From: Macrostomum hystrix
Taxonomy: Eukaryota > Animalia > Platyhelminthes
Assembly (NCBI GenBank): GCA_950097015.1
Contig: CATNEN010000001.1
Location: 22,010,001-22,074,000 of the forward strand
Reading direction: 5' to 3'
Length of the DNA: 64,000 nucleotides
The translations under genes and the position numbers were made by a program. Within the stretch, counting starts at the first letter, position 1. Each line of letters begins with the position of its first letter. The notes under the pieces were generated by a model. That model saw nothing but the letters and a program-made list of their open reading frames with translations, ran no database searches and was not told where the DNA came from. Below, in pieces: positions 13,161-26,316 of this stretch.

Positions 13161-14404
13161 CCCCGCTCTCTGCCCCTTCCCACGCGCGTCTTCCATCATG
13201 TTGCAGCCAACCCAATTATCGGTTTCATTGCAATCTCCGAAAATCTTAATGTTAATGTTCAATGTTAAGAATAACTTTCGTTCTAATCATGACCAATTTT
13301 GGACATGAATTTTCTAGTGAGATATTGTTTGGCAGTTCCGTATGAAAATTAACATCAATTTAAATTTGTTATACTAGGTTCGTAGTTTGTTGTTCCAGGT
13401 TTTAATGCTTCAGTAAATTATTTGTCTTTGCATTAACAATACAATCAGATGTGACTATTTTTTCGATTTTTTCTAGATAACAAAAGTATGCTAATCGCTA
13501 CTGATCTAAGTAGTTCAGTGAGAAAGTGTATTTGTGTGTAGTGGGTATTTTAACGAAAATGAAACAACATATGGCATTGTTGCGAGTCTATTATAATCTG
13601 CACGTTTTTTCACTCTAGAAATTTAATCAAAGCTTTCAGTCTAACTGTTAGCCTAACTGTTCTAGACTTCTTGGACCTTAACAAAGGAATTACTCGACAA
13701 AATTATACGGACTATTTACATTAAACTACACTTGCACAAAACATTGGCTAACCTGCTTGATTTCCAGTTTATAAATATATGTTATTTGTTGGCCTAAATG
13801 TCAATTGGTGTCTTGTAAAGGCCACTTGTAAAAAAATATGTATTTTTTGTTTTTCTATCCATTAATTTTAAATTTTACGTGTCTAAACTGAAAAACAATT
13901 CATCGACCAATCAGAATCGCTTAAATGGGCAGTCAACATGGCTACCCGCTAAAAAATAGGGATGTTTCTTTGGGTGATTCCAGTTGGAATCTGCGGTGTT
14001 TCCAGAAAAAGAAACAGCCGAACGCTGAAAACATACCAATCGGATGATTCCATGCTTAGAATCTACCCAACTGGGCGTTTTCTCGGTGCTTCTTGGTGGC
14101 GAAATGGAATCACCCAAAGAATCCTCCAGTTCGGAAGATTCCATGCTCAGAAACCGCCGAGGAATCGCCCGTAAATAATTCTCTGGTCGTCCCATGGGCC
14201 ACTGGTTCGGGTGATTCTTCGGCGGTTTCCGCACAATTTACGGTTACATCGGCTGCTTCCTGGGTGGTTTCTTTAACTCTTGCGAGATAGGGGGGATTTT
14301 TGGTAGATTCCACTCCTATTTTGCACAAAAAACCCGCCGAAGAAGCAGCCGATTTTTTAGAGGGTATTATATGACAGGAAAATGCAATATTCCTTTTATT
14401 TTCC

Positions 14405-14612
14405 CCTGGGGAAAGACCAAAGGCGGGTATTTCAAAAACCAACTGCCTACTTTACAATAGCCCCCAAACCGAATCGGGTGGACTATTCTTTTGTGAATAG
14501 ATCAATATTTTCCGCTCTTTCGTCGAAATTCAGATTCGTTTCTTTCATAGCCGTCCGAATCAGAATCGTCGAGATATTCAACGATTCTTGACGAATATCT
14601 TGGTGACAAAGA
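14405..14612. mobile_element. Partial copy (one arm) of the long-TIR MITE family found at 28463-29016
   Basis: CCTGGGGAAAGACC...GTATTTCAAAAACC...CCCAAACCGAAT...ATCGTCGAGATATTC...TGGTGACAAAGAC matches the reverse complement of ~28830-29016. Confidence 0.65.
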
Positions 14613-15711
14613 CAGCTAGCTGGCTGCGGGTCTAGTATCATTAAACGATGTGCCCACAACCCTTTTATAAGTTATTTTATTGTTATTAAACGTCAGCTGA
14701 CCTTTCGAGGTCCTGGATCGGGTGCAACTCGTATTCATCCGTCAGCAATGCCTGCTGCAGTTGCAGGTCGGAATAAAACTTTCTACTGTTTGTGTATCTT
14801 TCACTCTCCAAAAGTACATTTCCTGCAAGCGTTTCTGAATCCCATATGGTGTGTTTTTATTATGGATTTAGCACCAGGGAAACGGTGAACTGGGATAGCA
14901 ATCACTGACACAGATTTGCTTAGAGTTTAAAATAATTTTCTGGCCCAAGCGAGAATAACAAAAATTTAGGATTTTTTTAAATCAAACCCTGTCTTACGGT
15001 GTCTCATTTGATATCTGACCCTCTATCACAAAGTCTTATCGTTGTCTAACTGATCTAAATGTAAATAATAATAATAACCTTAAGCGGACGAGCAGCGCAC
15101 AAAGAGCGCCTACCCGAAGTGGGACTCATTTCAATCTGAATCCTTGAAGTGGGAATGGTACGACGGCCGCCCACCTCACACAGATGTACAGAGACGACAA
15201 GGTTGTGGGCTGATCACTTAAGAAGCATTTGCCTCTCTGCTTGCCTGTGTTTCAGCTTCATAGGAGATCCTGATGAAGTGCTTGCTGGTTTAACGATAAA
15301 GATCGCCCAGCTCACGAATGATTCGGCTTCTATTCATTCGTGCTTCTATGAAGCCTTGTTTGAGTGCAGGACAGTACTAACAGTACGAGCTTTATTAAGA
15401 AACAAGAGTTGGTATTAGTAGTCCGTGATAAGAAAGCGTAGGCGCTGCCAACTAAAAAGTTTTCAGTTTCTAAAAATAGAAACTGACGTCAGATAAGCAA
15501 CACAAGAAAGGGGTCTGTTGCTAAAAATAGCAACTTACGTCATTCGTGCTTAGCACAAACGTAGGAGGGAGACTCAGGCTTGAATTCAATATAAAGAGAT
15601 CTAGATAAGATATGAATAAAAAATAATTGCAGTCACTACAAAACTAAACAAGTTTTAGTCTAGTTATTACAACAGTATATCAGCATGAAATATACGTCTA
15701 AAGATCCTGAC

Positions 15712-17923
15712 TAGAGATGCTAATACCGGGATCCCGGTTTCGAAATATACCGGTTTTGGGCCAATTTTTCGGTATTACCAATACCGGTATTAGGGTCCGG
15801 TATTGGTCCGGTATTGGTCTAAAATTATGTCTGTATTTTTACAAATTTGAGATTTTTTGTTTAAAATGCATTTTCCTAGAAATTGAAAAATGCTTTCGCT
15901 TCGGATTTTTAGCTTTTTCATTTTTTAAATTCTGTATCTGTCAATACCAAATACCAATACAATACCAATCAATAGCCAATATCCATCAACCCAGCCAGCA
16001 CTCATCAGTCAACGACTCAACACTCAACAGTCATCAATCATCGCATGATCGCATTCGCATCGCATCGCGATTCGCATCAGTCATCACCATCACTCATCAC
16101 TCATCAGTCATCGACTCATCACTCATCACTCATCACTATCAGTATCAGGCTATCAGCAACAGCAATCAACATAAATTAAATAATCGTTTATGAAAGTATA
16201 AAAATACATAAATATAATGCTTTTATTATGCAGTAATGGGACTAGCGGGTTGCTAGGCTAACTGAGCCCGCTCTCGGAGGGGGAGTCGGGGGGGTTGTTG
16301 AAACGCATTGGTTGAGTTAGGAAGTTCTTCCCCCAATCCTTTTGGTTCTCTCTCCCTCATCGTCATCGCCCGATCTGCCAGGTCCTCTCCAGGCGTGATC
16401 CAATTCTTCCCTCGCCGATCCAAGCCGTCGCCGGGCCCTTCTTCTTCTGAATCCACCGTCCCCAAAGCTGCTACAGGCAGCGAGGAGGAGGAGCGCTCAG
16501 AGGCGCCCCAGTCTGCGCAGGAGCGCGAGGACTTGTTCAGGGTGTAAATGCAGGGCCTCGTCCCAGTTGTCGTAGCGAACACGGGTACCGTCGCCGCGCG
16601 GGCACTCGAAGAGAATGTGCTCTTCAGTATCGAGGTTGCCACAGTCGCGGCAGAGCGGGTCGTCAGTGAGGCCGAGACGATGGCGGGTGGAATTGGCCAG
16701 CATCGAGCATCCCGCCCTGAGCTGGTTGATGGCGACCGTCTCGGTGCGGCTGAGGTGTTTGGGGGTGGAGCGCCAGCACGGCCCCAGCACCTCGAGGTCA
16801 AGGGCGGCTCTCGCCCGGCGAAGGGCCGCCTTAGCAGCTTGGAAAGAGATGGGCCTGTCCTGCTGTCGTTCCAGACGGGCGCGATTAGCGTAGCGGTCGG
16901 CCAACTCATTTCCCGGGATGTCGCAGTGCGCCGTGAACCCAAACAAACTCGCAGCTGTGTTGAAAGGCGCTCAGCGTTGCCCAGCAAAGGCTGCCATCAG
17001 CCGAGCGCTGCTCGCAGGGGCCGTGCTCAAGGGCTGCCAGCGCCGCCAGCGAGTCGCTATGGATGCGGATCGACGTCCCGTGGTCCGGCGTCAGCTGTCT
17101 GATGTAATCGAGGGCCGCCCGTATCGCGCATATTTCCGCCTGGAAGGAGCAAGCAACCCGGCCGGCAGGGGAGGCAATAATGGTACCCCACCTGCGGGTG
17201 TTGATAACGGCGGCGCCCCAGGCATCCGAGGTGCCGTCCCTGACGGAGCCGTCGGTCCAGACGTCGATGTCCGTCGGTTGGAGATCGGCAAGGAAGTTCA
17301 GCGCCCGATCGCGTCGGATGCTCGTCGGGAGATAGCGGGCGCACAAAGCGGTGAGCGCCAGGTTGAAGTGGATCCGTGGATTGTCCATCAGGCAGTTGAT
17401 CTCGGGGGTCGGCGGCGGGTATGGCTCGCGTGGAAGGGCCTCAAGATGGGCGGCCTCAGTGAGCTCAAGAGCCACTTGAGCCAGTGAGCTCGCCGGGCCC
17501 TGCTCAGCCTCCTGCCAGGGGGTTGGAGGCTGCTGTTGATCGGTTCCCCTCCGAGAGCTCGCTCCCTCCGGCAGTCCGGCCGGCTCCAGCCTTGCAGCCT
17601 TGCTGGTTCCTGCTTTGCTGCTGGGGCCGCATCGTCCTCCGCTGAAATGAGAGGGTGGGCGTTATAACTTGTCTATAACAAATTGATTGGATTTCAAAGT
17701 TAGGACAATTCAGTAAATGATTTATAATGCATTCAAAAGATAGGCAATAAGAAAAAAATTGAAAAAATGCAAAAAAAATTTTTCTTTTTTGAAATTCGGG
17801 AGCCAAAATATGAAAAAAGCTATTGAGTATTGAATACCGGTATTCAAAACCGGTATTGGCGAAATTCCGGTATTGAATACCGGGATCCCGGTTTTGGGCA
17901 AGTCCGGTATTTTAGCATCCCTA
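15712..17923. mobile_element. Non-autonomous hAT element (2.2 kb) containing a non-LTR retrotransposon fragment
   Basis: Termini TAGAGATGCTAA...TTAGCATCCCTA, subterminal ATACCGGTAT repeats, perfect 8-bp TSD ATCCTGAC (15704-15711, 17924-17931). Confidence 0.9.
16497..17475 (-). pseudogene. 3' fragment of a non-LTR retrotransposon ORF2: RNase H1 plus C-terminal CCHC zinc finger (I/ingi-like), frameshifted near 16935
   Basis: VWTDGS...SFQAEICAI...IHSDSLAAL...FVWV/HCDIPGNELAD (DEDD RNase H motifs), followed by CRDCGNLDTEEHILFEC. GC-rich island from ~16240 to 17660. Confidence 0.88.
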
Positions 17924-18289
17924 ATCCTGACAATGTTAATTTTTATCAAACAATGAAATAGGACAAGTTGATAAAGAAATCGAAAAAAACATTTTCATGA
18001 ATTGTAATTCGCAGTTGTACAAGTTAGAAGCATTCATTGCCGGAAATTTTTTTAGCCATGCCATACTTCCATACTATTTACTTAGTCCCCTGTGTTATCT
18101 ACGAGCGTAGATCTGCTTTTCATCCAAATAGCTTGAACCAATTTGCCATTCTGGCTCGTAAAGTTTTTTTGAGATTTTGCGTTCTGTTTAGCAAAATGCT
18201 CTGCGCTATTAACTAAGAATTTAACAATCTGTTCTCGTTGCCGCTTCCACTCCCCACTTTACTGCATTCATGTGTACATCAGTGTGATC

Positions 18290-19016
18290 CCAATCCTCTG
18301 ACCCCCATCTCTCTGATCGCCAGTCTCTTATTACCATCTCTCAGATCCCCATCTCTCAGATCCCCATCTCTCTGATCCCCATCTCTCAGATCCCCATCTC
18401 TCAGATCCCCATCTCTCAGATCCCCATCTCTCAGATCCTCATCTCTCAGATCCCCATCTCTCAGATCCCCATCTCTCAGATCCCCATCTCTCAGATCCCC
18501 ATCTCTCAGATCCCCATCTCTCAGATCCCCATCTCTCAGATCCCCATCTCTTAGATCCCCGTCTCTCAGATCCCCATCTCTCTGATCGCCAGTCTCTTAT
18601 TACCATCTCTCAGATCCCCATCTCTCAGATCCCCATCTCTCAGATCCCCATCTCTCAGATCCCCATCTCTCAGATCCCCATCTCTCAGATCCCCATCTCT
18701 CAGATCCCCATCTCTCTGATCCCCATCTCTTAGATCACCGTCTCTCAGATCCCCATCTCTCAGATCCCCATCTCTCAGATCCCCGTCTCTCAGATCCCCA
18801 TTTCTCTGATCCCCATCTCTTAGATCCCCGTCTCTCAGATCCCCATCTCTTAGATCCCCATCTTTTAGATCCCCGTCTCTCAGATCCCCATCTCTCAGAT
18901 CCCTATCTCTTAGATCCCCGTCTCTCAGATCCCCATCTCTCTGATCCCCATCTCTTAGATCCCGTCTCTCAGATCCCTATCTCTCTGATCCCCATCTCTC
19001 TGATCCCCATCTGATC
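18290..19016. repeat. 15-bp minisatellite (ATCCCCATCTCTCAG)n
   Basis: About 47 tandem copies. Confidence 0.95.
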
Positions 19017-19276
19017 CGAATCTTTCAGATCCTTAAGTTTCTGATGACCAGGTATCTGATCCGAATCTTCTAACTTCACAATCTTTCAAAGCCTCTTTAG
19101 TTGGCGAAGGAAACAAATTTTCGAGTTTCAAGTTGGAACCAATCAGCGAATAGCCAAGATCTGAACCCCACACGATTTGATAACAGCGAGCTTAAAACTC
19201 GAACAGCTGATAATCTGCATAGACACATTATTAGGCTTCAATCTAGGATTCACAAGTTTACCATAGACAATTAGCC

Positions 19277-21920
19277 ATGCCAACGGAGCGAGGCGAGGTC
19301 GCCGAGGCGGTGCTTCGGTCCGTGATCGCCCGCCTGCTGATGATGGCCCACGGCCTGCTGTGCGTATTTCAAACGAATCCGTTTCAGAAAAGCCGCCTCA
19401 ACATTGTGTTCGCCCTGCCGCTGGCTGTTCTGCCGATAGAGGGTGTCATGACCTGGCGACTGCTCAGGGGCCAGGAGTGGAAGTGGTGAGCTGCGATTGG
19501 CTTTCGGGATGTTGGGGTAGAGTGCTAGGTGTTGTGATAGAGTGAGAGGTGTTGGGGTAGAGTGTGAGGTGCTGGGGTAGAGTGTGAGGTGTTGGGGTAG
19601 AGTGTGAGGTGTTGGGGTAGAGTGTGAGGTGTTGTGATAGAGTCTGAGGTGTTGGGGTAGAGTGTGAGGTGTTGGGGTAGAGTGTGAGGTGTTGGGGTAG
19701 AGTAGGAGGTGTTGGGGTAGAGTGTGAGGTGTTGGGGTAGAGTGTGAGGTGTTGGGGTAGAGTGTGAGGTGTTGTGATAGAGTCTGAGGTGTTGGGGTAG
19801 AGTGTGAGGTGTTGGGGTAGAGTGTGAGGTGTTGGGGTAGAGTGTGAGGTGTTGGGGTAGAGTGTGAGGTGTTGGGGTAGAGTGTGAGGTGTTCGGGTAG
19901 AGTGTGAGGTGTTCGGGTAGAGTGTGAGGTGTTGGGGTAGAGTGCTAGGTGTTGGGATAGAGTGTGAGGTGTTGGGGTAGAGTGTGAGGTGTTGGAGTGA
20001 TGCCTTATAATAAAACACGAAACTGACGATATAATTAAGTTTTTAATGTCCTTCAATCAATTCATAAGATCCACTGTGCGTGCTTACAAAAGTTACTCTG
20101 CTTTTTGCATTAGAGCCATGTGTATCTGCCCTATATTAACATTATCAAGGACTAGCATTGGCATGAATCTATCAAATGAAGTTGGATTGATTGATTGACT
20201 ATGCAGGGGTGTGTTGTTCTATCTAATATTTCCCAATTCGCAGGGGAGAAATTTGATGCTTGCTCAACTCTCTCTCTCGGAAGTCGCTCAGGAACTGCGT
20301 TTCCGAATTGAGCTAAAAAATCAAATGAAAACATTTTGTACGATAGTAGTGTATAGTGTATTATGAAGTACCTGAGGGTTTCATTACTGAACCTTCTGAA
20401 GTACCTGAGGGTTTTATTGCTGAACCTTCTGAAGTACCTGAGGGTTTAGTGACTGAACCTTCTGAAGTACCTGAGGGTTTTATTACTGAACCTTCTGAAG
20501 TACCTGAGGGTTTTATTGCTGAACCTTCTGAAGTACCTGAGGGTTTTATTGCTGAACCTTCTGAAGTACCTGAGGGTTTTATTGCTGAACCTTCTGAAGT
20601 ACCTGAGGGTTTTATTGCTGAACCTTCTGAAGTACCTGAGGGTTTTATTGCTGAACCTTCTGAAGTACCTGAGGGTTTAGTGACTGAACCTTCTGAAGTA
20701 CCTGAGGGTTTTATTACTGAACCTTCTGAAATACCTGAGGGTTTAATGACTGAACCTTCTGAAGTACCTGAGGGTTTTATTACTGAACCTTCTGAAGTAC
20801 CTGAGGGTTTAGTGACTGAACCTTCTGAAGTACCTGAGGGCTTGATAACTGAAGCTTCGACATTATGCATGACCTGATGCAATAAAATAAAACTACGGAA
20901 TAGGGCAGTCTACTTTCAGTACTATCTTTGGTAATTTAGGCAAAAATGAAAGTTTCATTGAAATTTCTCGTCACACCTTGACTGATCCCCACAACCTCAG
21001 GATTTGCCCGTGCGTGATCCTCTACTTGGCAGCCGTGATTCCACCTGTATGGATTGCCGAATTCGATCTGGTCATCATCTACCGAGTGCTGAACGGCTCC
21101 GAAGCGACCGACGCCACCGAGGACGCGGCCTACGTCACTGGCCACGGCAGGCGCAATATCACTGCGCACCCGGAGAAGGTACGATTTACCAACTGTGCTA
21201 CTCATAGTAACATGCGCACTACATGTACCATAGAGTGCATGCTCCCTAACACTTGGTCAAGCCATAGACAAAACGATAAACTCACTCACAATCCAGTCTT
21301 TGCTAGGCATCGACACCGGCCTGAGCTTCAAAGAGGAGACCAGAATCCTTATGGAAGAGATTCTGCTACTAGTCCTCATCATCGGCCGTTGGATTCTGCC
21401 CCGTCAGCAGATCACCAAGGAGCAGAAATCCGCCCTGCTCATCGGCTACATCGGCATGTCTGCGGACATCCTTGAACTGTACGAATACTTCAAAGACGAC
21501 CGACTGAAGACCAACCAGACCATCGTGACGATCCTGCTGTCTGTGTGGACCAGCGCCATGCTGCAGTTCGTGTTCGTGTTCACCGCCAGGCGAGTGGTTG
21601 GCCGGAGCAGCTGCAGCCTCGGCAGCCTGCTGCTGAACACAGACATGTGGGCCATCATCTGCAACCTGCTGCTGCAGGACGCCCCGTTCCTAGCAGTCAG
21701 ATTCTACCTGCTGGTGATGTACAAGATTGTCAGCGAGACCAGCGTGTTCTTCCTGGTGAAGAACAGTCTGCTCACAGTGCTCATACTGCACAGAATCCAC
21801 TCGCTCATTGTCGAATGGAAGATTGAGAGGCGCCGCAGTCGAGCCAATCACTATCCGGCTGCCGATGCTGGAGATTCCACCGCCATCGACACCAGTGGGC
21901 TGCCTGCAGTTCAAGTTTGA
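19277..21920 (+). CDS. TMEM26: TMEM26-family multi-pass membrane protein; 3 exons (19277-19485, 21001-21178, 21297-21920), ~336 aa
   Basis: ARLLMMAHGLLCV...GQEWKWICPCVILYLAAVIPPVWIAE, LLLVLIIGRWILP, LLIGYIGMSADILE and LLLQDAPFLAVR..FFLVKN match TMEM26 motifs. Splice phases (2, 0) are consistent. Confidence 0.88.
19508..19995. repeat. 20-bp intronic minisatellite (GTGTTGGGGTAGAGTGTGAG)n
   Basis: About 24 copies in TMEM26 intron 1. Confidence 0.95.
20363..20855. repeat. 30-bp intronic minisatellite (TGAAGTACCTGAGGGTTTTATTGCTGAACCTTC-type)
   Basis: About 16 copies; open on both strands only because of the repeat. Confidence 0.93.
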
Positions 21921-22409
21921 AAGACCTTCTCTTAGAATTCAATTAGAAAAAATAATAATTTATTTGCAATCTAAAACTGCTAGAGTTTTCGAAATTCCCA
22001 CTTTATAAAACTGTGATAACACCCGAGTTTCACTGGGCTGGTAGATCGCTTGTAAGAAAATCCTTATACTGGATTCCTAGAATATACGGCTCGTACTTTC
22101 TATGAAATATCATTTCTAGATTTTGATTCTTTAAAAAACTTCGAAGGCTTGTAAGCTTACAAACTTTGGACTCTTCTGGAAATATTGGAAATCATGATTC
22201 ATGGAAATGCAGATTCTTAGAAGAATATAGTTTCTAAGGAGTTGCTTTTTCTACATTAAGTCGATTCTAAGAAATTTAAAGACTATAAATGCAGATAAAC
22301 TTGTTTCCAAGAAATCGAGATTTTAAAAAGCCGAATTCTGAAACAGAAAATATTTTTAGAACTCAAGTAGATTTTAGGAAATCTATTAGATTTTTTAAAA
22401 ATTTCAAAA

Positions 22410-22845
22410 AAGCCCAGTTTCCTAGAAACCCAGTTTCTTAGGAACCCAGATTCTTAAAAAACTCAGTTTCATAGAAACCCAGTTTAATTGAAACCCAGTT
22501 TAATTGAAACCCAGTTTAATTGAAACCCAGTTTAATTGAAACCCAGTTTAATTGAAACCCAGTTTCATAGAAACCCAGTTTAATTGAAACCCAGTTTCAT
22601 TGAAACCCAGTTTCATAGAAACCCAGTTTCATTGAAACCCAGTTTCATTGAAACCCAGTTTCATTGAAACCCAGTTTGATTGAAACCCAGTTTCATTGAA
22701 ACCCAGTTTCATAGAAACCCAGTTTCATAGAAACCCAGTTTCATAGAAACCCAGTTTCATAGAAACCCAGTTTCATTGAAACCCTGTTTCATAGAAACCC
22801 AGTTTCATTGAAACCCTGTTTCATAGAAACCCAGTTTTATGGAAA
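22410..22845. repeat. 16-bp minisatellite (GAAACCCAGTTTCATW)n
   Basis: About 25 copies. Confidence 0.95.
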
Positions 22846-24744
22846 CTAAGAAATACCATTTCCTGGAAGTCTAGTTTCTTATAAATCAAGATTCTTGGTA
22901 ATTCAGGTATCTCAGCACTTGACTCATTTTCATAATGTAAGTTTCTTAGAAAACTTCTCAATCGTAATATTACTTTGGTTTTTTTCAAATCTGGGTGCGA
23001 CGAAAAGTCGACGTCATCATTTTAATAGCGCCACCTACTTAATTAGTTTTCTTGCTAGTTTCTTGAATTTACTCGCTCTACTCCGCTTTGCGCCCTTTAT
23101 CTGAGGACGTTTCATTTATTTGAGTAAGAAAGTCATCCCTGTACCATAGAGCCATAAGCTTTTGTAAATGCTTAACATGCGATAATCTGTGCTTTAACTG
23201 TTGAAATACCACGCTATTTCCCACCGTATATGGAAAGGCCACAATGACAATGCCTAGACCTACTGTTAAGAATTCTCGATCACATATTTTTGTTTATTAA
23301 AAAATATTTTCCATTTATTTACGAGGTTTTACGCAGAAAATCTTTTATTAGCAAATTTCGTGATAATTATTTGTTGTGACTAAAAATGTAAGTAATTTTT
23401 ATTAGTGGTACTTTTGGGAATCGAAGAAAAGAAATAAAATTCAATGAATTAAAAAATCTAATGCGTAAAGTTGTTTTTTCGTCTAGAGTACAAATATTAC
23501 ACATACTCCGCTTTCAAATGTTCGTATACTTGATTTTGAGGATTTTAAAGCAATACAATGTCCCATAAAACAGTGGGAGAACGGTGTCTGCAGGCGTGTT
23601 TTCTCATTCAGTAATACGAGTCTAGGACAATGAGCCAATAGATTCACACCATATTGGCATTGAGCACATGCTTGAGTCGATTGAGACCGGGAACTGTGCT
23701 ACAGCTCTGAGAACTGGAGAAATAAAAATCTTCATTTTATGTGCGAGCGGCAGTGGGATGTTTTTTACGACAGCTCGGCACAATGGAACAATTCGCCCAC
23801 GTCACCGCGATACGGCAGAGCTGTAAAACAAAGCTGGCGAGAGGATCGTTTAATTTCTTTTTTTTCTTAAAATATTTTTTCTCTGTTAAATGGGAGTTGA
23901 CCCATTAGGGGAGTTGGGGAGGCAGTGAGAGGCTTGTGAGGCAGGTTGTAAAACATGCCAGTCACTGATGCGTTGCTAATTCCAACAGAATCTGCTGCCA
24001 GTCACGCCAGAGAATAGAAATTTCCCACAAATTTTCGCATATAAATACTGAATGCCTCACAGTTCACCAACGAAATCCGTTTGAAAGTCAAAGAGCTGTT
24101 TGCTAAAGTCTCCGAAACTGCTATTCGCAAGAGTGAAGGAGTGAAATAGCGTTGTCGTACAGAATGCTGGTAAGTGGTACAGAAGTGGCCATTTGGCTTG
24201 TGTTCACCTTCATCTGGAGTTGTGCAGCAGCAGCTGGTTCTGAACTACGTCTTCAATGTGTCCAGCTATAATCGCTGTCAAATACCTCAGACAGACGTGT
24301 TGATGACGAAGTTCAGATACGGTTGCTTCAGTCGACGAGCTGTCGCGATGCACCCCGTCAGTAATTCACCCATCCAGTCGTTATAACTGCATGAACGCTC
24401 AAGTCACGGAAATAAGAAAATTATTAGAAACTTGACCTATTTAGTGAAGCAGCCCTGGTTTCACTTTAACAAAACTCTATCTCCGTGGCTTATGAACGTT
24501 CAAACAAGACTGGACAATCTTCAAATCGCTTTCCCAGACTTCTCAACAAGGCACGATTTTTATAGATGAAGAAAGATATAGTGTTCACAAATTAACGACT
24601 TCTTATTTTAAGGAGATTAATTATTGGACACGAGAGATAGAGTTGGGGTGGAGTGAAGGAGAGATATAGTAGCAATGGAACATAATTTGGTGACCCTAGA
24701 ACCGAAGCTAGCGAAGTGGCAATTCTGTCCATTTCGCTGAGTCC

Positions 24745-24894
24745 TGAGCACACACTCACACAGGTGTATACACCTGCCCTGACTTTCTTCAGGCAGTGTA
24801 CACTATGGCTTGGAGGTTGGCCCTCAGGGGTGTAAATTGGACGACAAGCCCCCAAGCCTTCTCACCGCGACGGCGCCCCAAATGAATGTGGCCT
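24745..24894 (+). repeat. Dispersed repeat family member (others at 63603-63731 and, inverted, ~45880-45946)
   Basis: Shared GCAGTGTACAC...CTTGGAGGTTGGCCCTCA...ACGACAAGCCCCCAAGC...GCCCCAAATGAATGTGGCCT. Confidence 0.7.
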
Positions 24895-24960
24895 CGCCGC
24901 GGAATCGAGCTCAGGGACCTTGGATGCGATAGACCGCTCTGCCACTTGCCCCCTGCCCTA

Positions 24961-25108
24961 GGAGAGAGGTAGAGTGGAGGAGAGAGGTAGAGTTGAGGAG
25001 AGAGGTAGAGTGGAGGAGATAGGTAGAGTGGAGGAGAGAGGTAGAGTGGAGGAGAGAGGTAGAGTGAAGGAGAGAGGTAGAGTGGAGGAGAGAGGTAGAG
25101 TGGAGGAG
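24961..25108. repeat. 18-bp minisatellite (GGAGAGAGGTAGAGTGGA)n
   Basis: About 8 copies. Confidence 0.9.
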
Positions 25109-25146
25109 ACGAAGATAAAATGAGCGAAGTAAAGTAGAGTCGAGAG

Positions 25147-25375
25147 TGTGAGAGATACAATTCAGATCACTGACAACAGTAGAAAAGCATATACTTGGCT
25201 GCAAAACTCTCACATAACACTAAAAAATATCGCCATAAAATGGCAAGCTTAAAAGAGACTTCTGTGCACACTAAGAGTGGTGGGAGAGGACGGCGTGTGG
25301 CTTTGGCTGACTGACGAAGGCAAACAAGCAGAAACCGGTCTCGGTCTGCCAGCGCGAGGTTCGTTCCCCACTTTT
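25147..25375 (+). repeat. Dispersed ~230-bp repeat, near-identical to 38642-38888
   Basis: GTGAGAGATACAATTCAGA...GGTTCGTTCCCCACTTTT is present at both sites. Confidence 0.85.
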
Positions 25376-25493
25376 AGTGTGTTACAGAGAGATCTTTGAA
25401 AATTCATTGCACTTCGATGATTTCTGTCTGGTGAATATGTTCTACGAAGTCAACTGTTGTGACAGATGTTATGCGAACATAATTCGTATATAT

Positions 25494-26316
25494 CAGGGGT
25501 AGGCAAACTTATTTGCTGGCGGGCCAAAGAGAGAACCTAAAAGACGACAGCGGGCCGCATTGACTGTATAAATATGAGATAGGGGAGAGATGAGACACGG
25601 GAGAGATTAGACACGCGAGAGATAAGACAGGGAGAGATTAGACACGGGAGAGATAAGACAGGGGAGAGATTAGACACGGGAGAGATAAGACAGGGGAGAG
25701 ATTGGACACGGGAGAGATAAGACAGGGGAGAGATTATACACAGGAGAGATTAGACACGGGAGAGATAAGACACGCGAGAGATAAGACAGGGAGAGATTAG
25801 ACACGGGAGAGATAAGACAGGGGAGAGATTAGACACGGGAGAGATAAGACAGGGGAGAGATTGGACACGGGAGAGATAAGACAGGGGAGAGATTATACAC
25901 AGGAGAGATTAGACACGGGAGAGATAAGACACGCGAGAGATAAGACAGGGAGAGATTAGACACGGGAGAGATAAGACAGGGGAGAGATTAGAAACGGGAG
26001 AGATAAGACAGGGGAGAGATTGGACACGGGAGAGATAAGACAGGGGAGAGATTAGACACGCGAGAGATAAGACAGGGAGAGATTAGACACGGGAGAGATA
26101 AGACAGGGGAGAGATTATACACAGGAGAGATTAGACACGGGAGCGATGAGACACGGGAGAGAATGTTATTGATAGAGAGTCAATAGTCACCCTCATCTCA
26201 CATAAGACACGGGAGAGATGAAACAGGACACTGTAGATGTCAGAAGGGGCAACGAGCCGGATTTGGGAGCTTCGAGGGCCGCATCTGGCCCGCGGGCCGG
26301 AGTTTGCCGACCCCTG
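25494..26316. mobile_element. hAT (Charlie-like) MITE containing an internal GA-rich minisatellite
   Basis: TIR CAGGGGTAGGCAAACT / AGTTTGCCGACCCCTG, GCGGGCC subterminal motifs, perfect 8-bp TSD GTATATAT. Internal (GGGAGAGATAAGACA)-type array at ~25580-26160. Confidence 0.9.

Noticed and set aside
12146-13249. 367-aa Ser/Leu/Pro-rich ORF
   Set aside because: Stop-free CT-rich minisatellite, not a gene.
16253-17487. Several long overlapping + and - ORFs in the GC-rich island
   Set aside because: Shadow ORFs of the RNase H retrotransposon fragment.
20356-20882. EPSEVPEGF repeat ORFs on both strands
   Set aside because: 30-bp intronic tandem repeat within the TMEM26 gene; skipped by a consistent splice model.
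23530-24560. Possible decayed transposase or coding remnant
   Set aside because: Slightly coding-like composition but no recognisable motif or sustained ORF.
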